NCBI GenBank assembly: GCA_051294375.1
Contig: CM119266.1
Coordinates: forward strand, 2,099,380-2,163,379
Reading direction: 5' to 3'
Origin: Paraspadella gotoi
Taxonomy: Eukaryota; Animalia; Chaetognatha
Length of the DNA: 64,000 nucleotides
Part shown: piece by piece, positions 25,991-39,930 of the stretch
Numbering within the stretch: position 1 is the stretch's first letter
Layout of the letters: every line of letters begins with the position of its first letter
Notes under the pieces: generated by a model
Database searches by the model: none
Told to the model about the DNA's origin: nothing
The model's input: the letters and a program-made list of their open reading frames with translations, nothing else
Made by a program: the position numbers and the translations under genes

Positions 25991-26784
25991 ATATATATAA
26001 TCATATGTATATTATATGCTATAATTTAAGTTATTTACTTTGTTTATTTAATCATAGTAATAATTTTCAAGTCATATTGAATCTAAATTCGAACAGTATT
26101 GTAGAATTGAACGTTTTTTTCATAAATATTATTTGAATTTAAAAAACTTATATAATTCATTTATATTTTAGTTTAAGTATAAAAAATATATTTAAATTTT
26201 AGCTATGTTACTTAATAAATGAATTTCTTAAAATAAAATTATATATTCATTTCTGTTTTAAAAACTAAGAAAAAACTATTTTCAAATGTAAATCGCGGAA
26301 CCAACAGTTGATCGAAGTCCGAGGAGACGAACGCATAAACTCGATCGATGTCCAATCATCGCTTACCACACTTTAGCGTTGAAAATCTTCATCATTATGT
26401 CGTTAAAACGTGAGGTTCACTCTTGACACGTAACCTCGTCAAGGTTGTACATTTTTTTTTTCTTCAAATTTTTCAAATATCTGTGAACCGACCGATTCTA
26501 TGAAAAAAGAAACTAAACAAAATAAATCAAAGTCCGACTTCAGTTTCTCGATTCTGATTTTTGCGTCTCCAAGTAAAAGTTCAATAAACAAGAGATGATT
26601 GTTTTTTTAAACAATCGTATATATTAATTGAGTATCGATTAGCGAAATTGATTATGAATACGTCAACGAAGGAAGTAGGTTTATTACGGATAATTTAGTA
26701 GTTCTATAGTAGTTTTATTTTATACAAATAAACGCGGAGATAATAATAAATTGAGGGAGATTGTGATGATTAAAACGATGGTTT

Positions 26785-27170
26785 TGTGGACGCAACAAGT
26801 TTCAGAGTAAGAATAATTTATTCTTCAACAACGTTATAAACAATAACAGTCAAAATGCTCAGATCCTAAGTCTATTACAATGGTATTTACAAAGGTCAAC
26901 GTTTGACCATAAAGGTCAACGTTTTGACCATAAATAAGTTGGGGGAATTGAGCGAGGTAAGTTTGGTAAGGTCATGTGGTTTGACCGAGGTTGCGTGTTC
27001 TTGATGTTCGTCCACACATCCCCCCACTAAGCCTTGACCGGTGGGAGAAGGCTTGAGAGTCATTGAATTGCGTCGTCGTTTTCATCGTTTTCATCGTCAT
27101 CTTCTGGTGGCTGAAGCATCGTTGGAAGGATGTTGATAAGACCAGATATTGATGCAGATTGTCGACGAGC
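26785..27170 (-). mobile_element. Gypsy 3' LTR (26785-27016) with polypurine tract and a short internal stub, inside duplication copy 1
   Basis: Near-identical to 37454-37833. LTR ends are TGTGGACG...CGTCCACA. Confidence 0.8.
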
Positions 27171-27507
27171 CAGAGAGAGATGCCTTGACTTGGGACATCA
27201 TCCAAGACCTTCATTGTTGACAAAGAAGAGTCCCACAACACAAACAAAAACGGTGGACGCAAAAAACAAAAGTAAAATTGATTTCTTGAATCTATCAAAT
27301 TAAAAATTGAATTTTATTTTTTAAACTAATGGTTAGTTTGCGACAGTTGCCAGTAATGCAAAATCGAAATTTTCATTTGAAGAGACAGCATGTAAAATTG
27401 TAACATACTTCACTAGAAGTAAAACAGAATTATAAAGTTTACAAAAAAGTTCGAATATAAACGAAGGACTTTCGGCTAAAGTGACCAATAATAAAGCAAT
27501 TGCTCGG

Positions 27508-30500
27508 TCAGTTTTGTTAAAAATATCTTGATACTTTTTCGTCTTCGGTGCTAAAGTCGGTTTTCCTCTTTTCCGGAGCAAATGTAAGCGAGGATGGATT
27601 AATTCAAAAATGGTCATGTGGACATTCCGCACCAGAGGCCAAGTTGGCCGTCCGATGTCGCCGATGAGGCCCTCGGGAGTTTTGGCCGGTCTCTTCGGTT
27701 ACATTGTCACCTCCAGATCTGAGGACAATTTTGAGATTTGACATTTGAAATAATGCAAAATGTTCACCCATTGATGCTAGATCATTAATTAATCTTTGTG
27801 TTAATGATAAAATAACAGTATATATACTTCACGAGCACACCTGAGCTAGAATTATGTTTAAAGTGGAGAAGCAGTTTTTGGCGAGTCCCATTTCATGGCA
27901 GATCTCGCGTATTTGTTCCACCTCCAAATCGGAGGCAGGAATTCCGAGACGACGTCTTGTGTCCACGGATCGGCAGTCCGCATCGCGTTCGGCAAATCTG
28001 GTCGCAGGCAAACTGCTCGTTTTGGCTGAAATCCAAAATCGACCAATCGAGAGTAAATATGGAGAAACCATGAGATACAAGATTTAGTTTGAAGAGGTTT
28101 GGTGTGAAATTTGTGCAACCGATATAAAATTAGCCATTTATTCAATTAATGAGCTACATAGCCTCTGTTAGACGGTAAAGACCAAAAATATTAATATAGT
28201 CTTTCACAATTTACTAACTCTCCGTGTATCTGGATTTCCCATACTTTTCTCAAATATTAAATTATTTTGCTTACATTCCGATACATAGTATGTATAATTG
28301 CAGCTAGGTTCCTTGAACGTTTTTCCAAAGGCACCAAAATCTTCGAACTGAAAGATGATGCATCCGTGACGGAGTTTTTCGTTCGCTGTAACAGACAAAT
28401 TTGTTCGCAACTATTTTCGAGTAAGTCTTCTCTTGAGTAACGCGGCAAAGTTTTTCAGCTGGTCGGGATATTCATCATGCAATCACTCCAAGGCCATTTC
28501 GCTCCTTGTGAAGTTCGCGTTTCTTGAGGCGATCTGAACGGCTTGCGCCATGCCGATGTCTTTTCCGTTTTCCATTACTCTCAATTCTTTTTCTGGACTG
28601 GGAAGAACAAGAAAAGTTGTATAATTCTTTGGTTTTTTTTTCACATGTTATAATGGAATTATTAAGAGAAAACAAAGATATGTTCTTTACAAACAACAAG
28701 TTTTAAACATTAAACTCATTTTTTCTAGTTTTTTTTTCAGCTCGAAAAGAAAATGGAAATTTTAAAGATGGTTAATTTGTAAAGTTCTGGAAATAGCGTT
28801 TATTATTTTACCCGCTCAAAACCACCTTGAAGCCACTCCAAATGCTGAAATAGTCAAACACATCCAGATAGTCTGATCCGTTTGTTTTGAGCGCCACGCG
28901 AATTCCGGCATCAGGACCAGAAAATAAGAGCAATAGCTTTCTGTTAAAATAACAAAAATCGAAAAGAGTTTTGCCGATTTTTTTCTTAAAGTTCCACGAG
29001 ACCACGAGACCTGATTTGATTGAGTCTGAAGCACCTTCCGTGAAACGCGTGAGCCACCACATCGACGTCTTCACAAATATCTTTCGGGTCCCCCAAAAGT
29101 ATTTGCTCTTTCTCATAACGAAGCGACGTAAGAAAAAACAGTCCTGACAAGTCCACGAGATGCGTTCCCGCCAATCGGGGTCGAAAGTGAAAGAGGTGGT
29201 AGAGAAGGCTTCGGGGCGGACAAAGGCGTTGCTGAAGATGAATGTAAATATTATTATAAAAAGAACATAGAATAAGGTGAACAAATTAACAGTAAGATGA
29301 AGATTATTAAAATTATTAAAATTATTAAAATTATTACTATTATTAATATTATTAAATTTCAATTAACCCCTGAATTTCTCATTAACTATAAGCGCAACTG
29401 AAAACGTATGACTCATACGTTTTATGATGAACAGTAAAGCGTTAGCAAAAATATTAAAATCAAGTAGAATCAAAATTTGAATAGTAGATTTGAACAGGCT
29501 TGTACCTGTGAACATTTTTAAATAAAAAAATTATTTTTTATTTTTTAATTTTCACATACGCCCATATTTTTATATATATTTATATGTATATACATAGTAC
29601 TCACCATAAAAAATGTTCAAATTTAAATTTTTTTTCCCTATTTTTTAAAGCAAATTCGAATTCCTCACCAAAATTTGATAAAAAGAAATATAACTCTTTT
29701 TAGAAAATTTTTTCATTAAGTGGGTCAAAATCCTAAAAACTGTTATAGTTAACCTATAATTTAGTTTTAGAATAAAAAATATATGTTTTTTTTAAATTTT
29801 CAACTAACTTAATGAGAATTCGAATCTGCTTTCAAAAACTTGAAAAAAAGATTTTTTAAATTTGGACAGTTCTATGGTAAGTACTATGTATAAATATGGG
29901 CGTATGCAAAATTGATAAATTATTTTTTTTATTTGAATGTATTTGAAGAACTATGAAATACTAGATATCTTATTAGATTCAAGTTCTTCTCGCAATTTAT
30001 TTGAGATAAAAATTTTTACACTCCAAGATTTAAATTATAAAACTTACCCAGTTCCTCCTTCTAAATATAGAATGACTGTGTTCAAATATTCCAAGGCTTC
30101 TTTGGGATAACGATTCCATGAGGGATATTTTGTTTCTCTTGTAGAAATTGATCAGTTCTAAAAATGGGCTTTCTTAAAAGGGGCCTGTTAAAAAAACATA
30201 CAAGTAAATTCTAAGTATTTGTGGTTTGTTTGACTTATACGCTATTTTTTTTATTCAAATTTTTCTTCTAATTAATTTACACCGAGTAATATTTCAATTT
30301 TTGGAATGCCAACGAAAAATGATGCATGAAATTAAAATCATTCTCAAGAGATATAGTTTTGCGTATCAAAGAATTATTTAATCCAGTTAAGCTATAATAA
30401 TAATAATAGTAATAATAATAATATAATATAATAATAATAAGCTATAAACAATTGTTACATTAATATTTGAGGTCTAGGCTTCCATACCTTGGGGCAGATT

Positions 30501-31005
30501 GTGACAACAGGGAGTGAAGGGGTCGACCTAAATTCCATCTTGTAGTGAGTGGCGACATTCATATTTGCCAAAAGCGACTATTGAATTGTGGATGTTCCAA
30601 ATCTGTTTTGAAAATTGTTTTTGAAAATCAAATATGTACAATTAACTACAGTTACTATAGTTGAGAAAGTAAAAAATCGTGATTCTAAAACTGGCCATTG
30701 GAATCTGGCAAAACGATGGTGAGAAAAGCCAAAATGCCCCAAATAGAAAACGATGAGGCCTCGTTCATTCTTCGAGAGTCCATGATGACTGTAGGACCAG
30801 TTAATTTGCGACTGTTTGTATCCCTCCTGGAAGTAGGAACGCCATATTGCAAAATATCTTAATAAACGTTATCAAAAAGTATTGTTTTTTTAATTTTTAA
30901 GTTTTTAAGTTTTATTTTCCTCTTATTAGATCATTATTATTAATTAGTCTATTAATCGTTTTGTACTCTCACCTTCCAATCGGTTTTTTCGTCAACGTGA
31001 AGCAT
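27508..31005 (-). pseudogene. Frameshifted duplicate of DEG/ENaC gene B (pseudogene or uncorrected allele)
   Basis: All nine exons are recognisable but broken by many single-base indels. Confidence 0.8.
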
Positions 31006-31181
31006 TTTTCTATGTAATCAAATTCCCCAAATTTGAAAATTGTAGTTTATGCAAATATTTGTAACATTTGATATCTAATTGGGTTAATTTCATGTTTTTT
31101 AATAAGATAGCGCGAGACAGTTTTAAAAAAGGATGAAATCGTGAATTTTTTTTGAAAAACCACGCTGTCTCTCACCAGCTT

Positions 31182-31225
<44 letters not shown>

Positions 31226-33779
31226 TCGTTCTCTTTTATCTCTCGCTCTTTCTTTCTCTCTATCGATTTCATTATTTTTTTTGCGAATATTTATTTAGCA
31301 ACTCGGATTTTCTGGCAAGAAAGCTGGGTTTAATTTGAACAGTTTTTCTTTAGCCCTGGAATGTCAACCAGATTTTTTTTTTAATCAAAATTGCCATTTT
31401 TTTACATTTCTAAGAAACTGTAGATATTTTTTATTAACTAATTTTTAATGAAATTGAAATTAATCCTTTTGCGTTTATTGTCCTAAAGTATTGTCCTAAG
31501 TATTTGTCAAACTTTAATAAAAAACAACATTCAATTTTTAATTTTTGTAATATTTATCTAATTTATGATTGACTCATCGCACGCCCCGGTTTCCATTCCC
31601 GTTTTCCCGCCGAGCAGAACTTCGCACCCACTTCAGGTTAGTCGTTGTTTGGCTTTAAAACATAAATAAGAGAAAGAGTAGAATATGTCAGATTTAAGAT
31701 TTAGGAGTAGAATACGATTTTTTAACTTTTGGTTTTCGCTAAACATCAAAACTCAACGAAAAGAAAGGATTATCATAACTTTTTATATAAATAAAATAAA
31801 AAAGAGTAATGAGTATATGTATAGTGTATTGACCTAGTACCATAATATCTATCCTAAATAGTAAATAATAAATATATTATTGATAAGAAATCTGTTCTTG
31901 ATCTATATTTTTACTTCGTATTATTGAGAGTGAGTTCTCATATATTTTTCTAAAATTCAGAATTATTTTTAGCCGACTCTATAATTCACTTTGTCGGTCT
32001 GTCGGTGCGCCCCCTCAATATTGTCGGGCAACACACTGATATCATGTCAGAAATCAAATATATGATATATTATGCAAAAATGATGTATGTCCCGTCCATC
32101 TGTCTGTCCGTCCGTCCTCCGTCCGTCCGTCCGTCCGTCCGTCCCACCTTAGCAAAAAACACCAATTGTCTTCGTGATTGGATGGGATGGATTTGAATGA
32201 AATTTTGTGTGTGGGTAGGAAGTGTGTGATTAAGCGGAAATCAAGTTTCGATGGAATCGACTGAGTGGAAATGAGTTTTAAATGGAAAAAACAAAAAACC
32301 TGTTTCACTAATTGATTATGCTACTTTTTCCTTTTATATTAAATGTAAATGAAGGAAGTATATTAGATTAATCAAATGATTAATTAATTATTCATTTAAT
32401 TAATCAATAATAATTAATAAGTCAATCAAGTCAATCATTATCGGCATTATTCTCATCGTCGTCATTGCTTTTTGTCGTGGTTAGTGACAAAAAGACCTAA
32501 AAACAAACATTTAGGATTTAATTAATTAATTAATTGCCTAATTAATTAATTAAATTAACTTGAATAATCTAATTATTAATTAAATTAATAATGATCGTGG
32601 GCAGATCCGACTTGTTTTTGCTCAACTTGTTTCATTGTGTAACAAAGATTGATTTGTAGGTTTTTGATTCATTGGGTTATATTAATGATTTTTCATCTAA
32701 GTTCAAAAAAAAAAAGTATAAAATCATCAAAGCACATTAAGTCTTTCATCCAAGATTTTCTTTTTCAAAAAAAAAAAAGCCTAAAAAAATAAAGAGAGAT
32801 TTTCTTTTAAGATTAGCTAGAAAAGCTTCGTGCTATTTTCAGCGACTAATAATTTTAATGCATTTGTTTTAGTTTTTAAAACTTCTATACATTTCATTGT
32901 TGTTGATTTTTTGGTTTCAAATGTCAATTTCTTAATCCTTTGTTTTTTCTCTCCTCCCCCCTCCCTTTTTTTCTTCTCTCTTCCTTCTTTTTCCCTTCTT
33001 TTTTATTTTCTCCTTTTCCTCTAATCTCTTTTTCCTTAGTTTCTTCGTTCCTTTTCCACACCTTCCACCTTCCCATCTCTCTTTTCATTTGTTTTTCTCC
33101 CTCTTCAGCTTTCCCCCTCAACTCCTCTTTGGCTTTCCCCAACTCCCTCTTTGGCTTTCCCCCCAACTCCCTCTTTGGCTTTTCCCCCCAACTCCCTCTT
33201 TGGCTTTCCCCACTGCCCCATCTTTGGCTTTTCCCCCCAACTCCCTCTTGGCTTTCCCCCCACTCCCTCTTTGGCTTTCCCCCAACTCCCTCTTTGCTTC
33301 CCCCCAACTCCTCTTGGCTTTCCCCCAACTCCTCTTTGCTTTCCCCAACTCCTCAGGCCGATCAGCGCTCCATTTGCAAGTCAAACGGATCCTCTTTTCT
33401 TTAGCCGTGCCACGCCCACCAGGACGCCAACCCCGCCACCGCCGCCCCTAGGAGGACGCCCCCGTCGCGTCCACCCTTCTTCTTAAAAGTGACGGCTCAC
33501 AGGAGAACGCCACGCCGCGACCTCCCATCACCTAAGACAAGACCGACGCCGCCTGACACGTGACGTCAAAAGTACCGTCGAACTCCCTTAACCCTTTTGT
33601 CCCACCGGGTCGAATAAAAAAATTGTGTTGAATAAAACTGCAAAATCCAGAATCATGTAAATGTTTAAGTGATTTATTTTGTTCTCATATTTCTTTATTG
33701 AAACAATAAGTATTGAACTTAATTTACCAAAAACAGTTTTAAAACATTTGATATTCCTCTCGTCCTTCAACTCCCAACG

Positions 33780-35170
33780 TCGAAGGTTTCAACTGCGGCT
33801 CGATCACATTGAGGCAATCGTTTTCCACCGACCAATATAGGCCGTCAAATTAGCGTAAGACTTTGACGGGCAGACGTTCGTCGTGAAGTGCCGACAAAGA
33901 CCGCAAAAAGTCCCGCCAGGCGTCGAGTGTTTGATTTCCCGAAGACTTCGTAATTTTCACGCCAGTCGTGATACTCTCGTAGCTGTGGCGGTCGCGGCGA
34001 GGCGGATCAGTTTGTCCGCCAGTTCCTTGGGGGTAGATCGTTGGGCGTCTATGTAAGAGTGAGGCGGAGACGTCGACCTCGTAATCGCCGCCGCTCTGAC
34101 AACGGGCACCGCCGTCGTGTTTGACAAGATTGTCCAGAATTTGGGAGCCATGTAGTTTCGACAGATGGGTTTCGAAGGAGAGATAGAAAAAATATCACGT
34201 GACAGCATCTCGTAGCATTCGACGATCCCACTCGGCGTCGTCCGCCGACACTTGAGCTTCGAGCACTCCCCGTAATGTCTACGTCCACGAAATGACGAAG
34301 TTCTTAACGTAGAAACGTCGTTGCGACTGACTGAGACAATGAGAAACGAACCAAGCCACCAGACGTCTTTTGTTTTTCCAGTTGTAACTCTGGTTCCACT
34401 TTTCTCCACTACTCCACGGTTCTCGCTTTGATCGATAAAATCCATGGTAGACTTCGATGTCGCTGTCCTTTCGGTAAGTCATCGTCCAGTTAAAGACGTT
34501 GTTGAAGTGGCTGGTGTTTAGGTAAGTATCGAATTGGCGACTCTTGAAAGTAGAAAATCCAGCGTTGGTGGGGAAGGCGCGTTGTGGGGATGTCGTATCG
34601 GGGGACTAAGGAGAGTTTGCTTCCCTCTGGTTGCGTCGAGGAGAAACAAATGATATGAAAAATTTATTAATTTCGTAGTGGATTAAAAATATATTTGTTG
34701 TAATATATCTCCAATAAAAACTTGTTTGTAATTTTTTTTTAAAGTTTGATTATTTTTCGATGTATTTTTGCCTTTAATTAAAAAACTGTTACAGATAAAT
34801 GAGCTTTAGTACCAAACTTTTGTATCAAACTAGTTTTGATAGATTATATTATATTATGTTATATTATTATATATTAAAATAATAATTTATTTCACTCACT
34901 TCCTTTTATCTAAGTATATCCATCGACTGTGAAACAAAATAGCATCGGCCTCTTGGTCGGACTTCGATCGTTCGAAGTCTCGCAATCTCTGATGGACACC
35001 GCGCGTCGATGAATGGTCTCGATCCCAGGCCAAACCCGTGTGTTCCAGATGGAAGTTGCGCTGCCAGAAGAGATGGAGTTTGCGGCGGCGTGAGGCGTTG
35101 CAGGTTGGCGGGAGATAAAGACTTGGAGGAAGATGAGGAAGTAGAGGAGGAAAGGAAGAGGAGGAAGAGG
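33780..35170 (-). pseudogene. Frameshifted duplicate of the GT10 fucosyltransferase
   Basis: Fragments MTYRKDSDIEVYHG, YGECSKLKCRRTTPSG and YMAPKFWTILSNTTAVPVV occur in shifting frames. Confidence 0.8.
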
Positions 35171-37453
35171 CTGAGTTATTGAAGATAAAGGGAGGAAACG
35201 GGATGAGCTTTAAAATATAATTATATAATAATTAAATTCGTTTAATAAATAAGCTATTTTGTCGCTGAGTTTGGACAATAGACACTGGACAGTAGGGTGA
35301 AGTGAAAGTTTGGAATCAAAATTACCAGTTATATCTTGAAACTATCATATTAGGAATATAATCTATAGTTTTTTTCAATATAGTTGCCCAATCACTTATT
35401 TGTATATAGTGCTACCCTTATATATGTCAAAATTTTAAATTTTTTTTTAAATTCTGAGAAAAGATTCAGATTTCTCGTTTAAAAAATATAAATTTTTTCA
35501 AATTATGTCATTAGGAGGTTAAAATATAAAAAAAATATTTTTAAGCTGGAAATTAAAATCGGTATCTGAAATAGTTTTTTACATTTTAACCAACATAATA
35601 AATGATTTTAAAAGAATTACATTCTTTAATCACCTTTTGACAGATCTTAAAATTTAAAAATTTTATTTGAAATTGATCCTATTATATATATTAGGCCTTT
35701 TCATCATCGATGCCCCTTGCCGTATGACGGAGCAGCGATATCTCTCGCTCTCTCTCTGGCTGGAGTCTGGATCGGGATCGACAAAAAGACTACGATAATT
35801 GAACGATGCATTAATTTAGGTTTCGTTAGGGAAAAGTTAGTTTAGGATAGATATTAGGCGCATTACTTAATATAATGGATCGATTAAGATTTTGAAGCTT
35901 GTTTTATAGTTTAATTACTGAGAAAAGATTTCAGGCGATTTGAGATACCTGCGTTGTTAAAAACAGAAAACTTAAAAAATATATTCATTGTAATTAAGTT
36001 AAAATTTAAGAAAAAAAAAATTTTAAAAAATTTGTATTAAATTATTCTTTAAGCTTTAGATCCATAAAAAAAATTAAAAAATTCAAAATTTAACTTAAAG
36101 TAATAAAAATATTTAAATGTTGTCCTTATTAATAAGATAATTTTTTAAATTTTTTTTTTCTATTCTCAAAGTCACTTTATCATTATTTTTGGGCTTCTAG
36201 TTTTAATCCGGATAGATATTAGGATTAAGTGGGGATTGGATTAGATTAGGGTTGAGATTGGGTTGGATTAGGTTATGATTAGGGTAGGATTAGGTTATTT
36301 TTCCTACGCTAACTTTTACAACAAAAAAATTATGGCTTTGCGGTGACTCATTGGTCAGGATCGGGATCGACAGAAACGATGACGATAATTTGAACGATGG
36401 AGGAAGCATTTTGCGACGGTGAGAGCGACGACAAAAGGGTGACGCATAAAACGACGATGGAAGCGGCAAAAGATACGATTATTGTGCGTGTGTTGAGTCC
36501 GCTGCTTCAGGAGCCGCAGCAAGGGGGCTTCTTTTGAAAAAAAGTGCCTTTATTAGTTTTTATTCTCATGATATATATGCTAAATTTTAAATTTCTAAAA
36601 TTTATTATTTCACATCACTCTACTGGACAGGCTATGGGAGGTTAAGGCTTCATGTCTCTTACAAAATGATAACATATATATAATCATATGTATATTATAT
36701 GCTATAATTTAAGTTATTTACTTTGTTTATTTAATCATAGTAATAATTTTCAAGTCATATTGAATCTAAATTCGAACAGTATTGTAGAATTGAACGTTTT
36801 TTTCATAAATATTATTGAATTTAAAAACTTATATAATTCATTTATATTTAGTTTAAGTATAAAAAATATATTTAAATTTTAGCTATGTTACTTAATAAAT
36901 GAATTTCTTAAATAAAATTATATATTCATTTCTGTTTTAAAAACTAAGAAAAAAACTATTTTCAAATGTAAATCGCGGAACCAACAGTTGATCGAAGTCC
37001 GAGGAGACGAACGCATAAACTCGATCGATGTCAATCATCGCTTACACACTTTAGCGTTGAAAATCTTCATCATTATGTCGTTAAAACGTGAGGTTCACTC
37101 TTGACATGTAACCTCGTCAAGGTTGTACATTTTTTTTTCTTCAAATTTTTCAATATCTGTGAACCGACCGATTCTATGAAAAAAGAAACTAAACAAAATA
37201 AATCAAAGTCCGACTTCAGTTTCTCGATTCTTTTTTTTGCGTGTCAAGTAAAAGTTCAATAAACAAGATGATTGTTTTTTTAAACAATCGTATATATTAA
37301 TTGGTATACGATTAGCGAAATTGATTATGAATACGTCAACGAAGGAGTAGGTTTATTACGGATAATTTAGTAGTTCTATAGTAGTTTTATTTATACAAAT
37401 AAACGCGGAGATAATAATAATTGAGGGAGATTGTGATGATTAAAACGATGTTT

Positions 37454-39930
37454 TGTGGACGCAACAAGTTTCAGAGTAAAGATAATTTATTTTCAACAAC
37501 GTTATAAACAATAACAGTCAAAATGCTCAGATCCTAAGTCTATTACAATGGTATTTACAAAGGTCAACGTTTGACCATAAAGGTCAACGTTTTGACCATA
37601 AATAAGTTGGGGAATTGAGCGAGGTAAGTTTGGTAAGGTCATGTGGTTTGACCGAGGTTGCGTGTTCTTGATGTTCGTCCACACATCCCCCCACAAGCCT
37701 TTGACCGGTGGGGAGAAGGCTTGAAGTATTGAATTGCGTCGTCGTTTTCATCGTTTATCGTCTCTTCCGGGTGGCTGAAGCATCGTCGGAAGGATGTTGA
37801 TAAGACCAGGTATTGATCAGATTGTCGACGAGCGATTGCGGCGTCTGGAAAACGCGAGTGGCGCCGCTTCCGTTCCGGAGGGGTGCCGGTGCGGGGCTGC
37901 AGTGGTACGACGCGGGCGACCACGTGGTCGCGCCTGCTCAGATTGGGGGGTGCGGATTCGTCGGTGACGGCGGTTTCAGTCGATCGACGGAAATATCTTT
38001 GACGGCGCGGGCCCGGTATTTTNNNNNNNNNNNNNNNNNNNNNNNNNATTTTGAAAGTTTTTGGGCCACGTTCGAGGACGTTGTAAGAGCCGTCGAATGT
38101 CCATCGCGTCGGATGTAGACGCGGTTGACGTCGGCGAGCGTTTCCGGGACATGAGAAGGCTGCGCCGCGTGCCAAGCGGCGGGCAGAGGCTGCATGAGAG
38201 CGACATCTGCGCGGAAATCGTCAAGGATTCGCGAGCGAGCGGCGGCGTCGACGTCAGTTGTCGGGACCGGAAGTAGCTCGCCAGGGAGCGTCAGCGTCTC
38301 GCTCAGCATTAATTTGGCGGGAGAGGCGTCCGAGTCTTCTCGTGGTGTTGCGCGGAGACTCAAGAGAGTCCAAGGGAGTTGCGCCAACCAGTTATTTCTA
38401 GCGGCGTCGCAGCGGGCCCGTAGGGCCGCTTTCAGCGTTCGATGAAGGCACTCAACCATCCCGTTGGATTGGGGGTGGTAGGCTGTCGTCGTAGAAGGGT
38501 CAAAGCCGACTACCGCTGCCACTTGGCGCCACAATTCGGACGTTAATTGGGTGCCACGATCAGTGGTGACGACGGACGGGACGCAAAAACGCGAAACCCA
38601 GTTTTGTAGGAAGGCGGCGGCAACGGAGGCGGCGGAGATGTCGCGAAGCGGTGCTGCTTCCGGCAGCGCGTGAAGCGGTCAATCATCGTCAGAAGATGAG
38701 TATGACCAGAGACGGCTGGCAGCGGCCCCACTAGATCGATATGAACGTGAGCAAAACGTTTGGCTGGTGGTTCAAATTTCTGGAGCGGCGCGCGGACATG
38801 GCGCTGCGTCTTGGCGCGCTGACAAGTGTCGCATGACCCTGCCCATCGTGCGATGTTGGATGAGGCTGATGGCCATACGAAGCGCGTCGTCACGAGCTTT
38901 TTGGATGCGCGAACTCCCGGGTGGGCGATGCCATGGGTGGCGTCGAAAACGCGCCGGCGCCATGACGCTGGAACAAGTGGGCGTGCTCGGGAGCCTGAGA
39001 TGTTGCAGATGAGTGTCGTGTTGCTGATTGGAACGTTTTTGAGATGGAGCGCCGTATGAGAGTCGTTGAGGAGCGGCTGGACATCGTCGTCGGTGGCTTG
39101 ATCAGCCGCCATTGCCTCAAAGTTGACTTGGAGGGCGCCGACGGCGTTGACGGTGGTGGCGATGTCCTCACGCTCTTTTTGCGCATTCAAGATCGCTTCA
39201 GGTCGATCTGTAGGGATTGTCGCTGGTGGCGGCGCTGACGGAGGAGTTGGCGGGCGGGAAAGGGCATCGGCAACGACGTTCGCCTTTCCGGCGATATGAC
39301 GGATGTCGCCGGTATATTCGGCGATGCCCGCCAGTTGATAGGTTTGCCTCATGGTGTGAGGCTCGGCCTTCTTCCGCAGCGCCGCCACGAGCGAGATGTG
39401 GTTGCTAAAAAGTGTGAAACGGCGTCCTTCGACGTATGGGCGGAAATGGCGAATTGAGGCGTAGGCGGCGAGAAGCTCCTTGTCGAAGGGCGGCCATTTT
39501 CGTTGATTGGGTTTCAGTGGCTTTGAATGGAAACCCAGGGGCTGCCATTGGCCATCGACAAGCTGTTCGAGGACGACGCCGACGGCGACGTCAGAGGCGT
39601 CGACAGTAAGAGCAAGGGGAGCGCCGTCGATAGGGTGGACCAGAAATATAGAGTCGGCAAGGGCGTCCTTGATTGCCTGGAAAGCGGCGTCTTGCGGGGC
39701 CGCCCATTTTAGCACGCGGTTTTCCGTGGAGAACTTCAAGAAGGGGGTCGAGATGATGTGCGGCATGGGGCACGAATCGGCGGTAGTAGAAAACCCCGAG
39801 AAAGCGTTGAAGTTCTTTTACAGTAGTGGGCGTGGCCATCTCGCGTAGCGCCTCTACCTTTGACGGAAGTGGGCGGACGCCATCATTGTTGACGTTGTAG
39901 CCGAGAAACTCCAGGCTGGAGGCGCCAAAA
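37454..39930 (-). mobile_element. Ty3/Gypsy LTR retrotransposon, 3' part (RT C-terminus, RNase H, integrase, PPT, 3' LTR); frameshifted, 5' part lost at the N-gap
   Basis: Domain order RT-RH-IN: LEFLGY...PTTVKELQRFLG..YYRRFVP; LTVDASDVAVG, FDKELLAAY, GKANVVADALSR; H-x3-HPG...CxxC, HVHIDLVGPLP, TTAYHPQSNGMVE. PPT GGGGGGATG precedes a 230-bp LTR (37454-37683) that has 8-bp inverted ends TGTGGACG/CGTCCACA and an internal AATAAA. Confidence 0.95.

Larger units (their letters stand above)
16531..27170. repeat. Copy 1 of a ~10.6 kb tandem duplication
   Basis: Collinear and near-identical to 27184-37833. Starts CTTGACTTGG...ATCATCCAAGACCTTCATTG and ends AGATTGTCGACGAGC. Confidence 0.92.
27184..37833. 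repeat. Copy 2 of the ~10.6 kb tandem duplication (indel-rich)
   Basis: Matches 16531-27170, with very frequent 1-bp indels and several larger structural differences. Confidence 0.92.
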
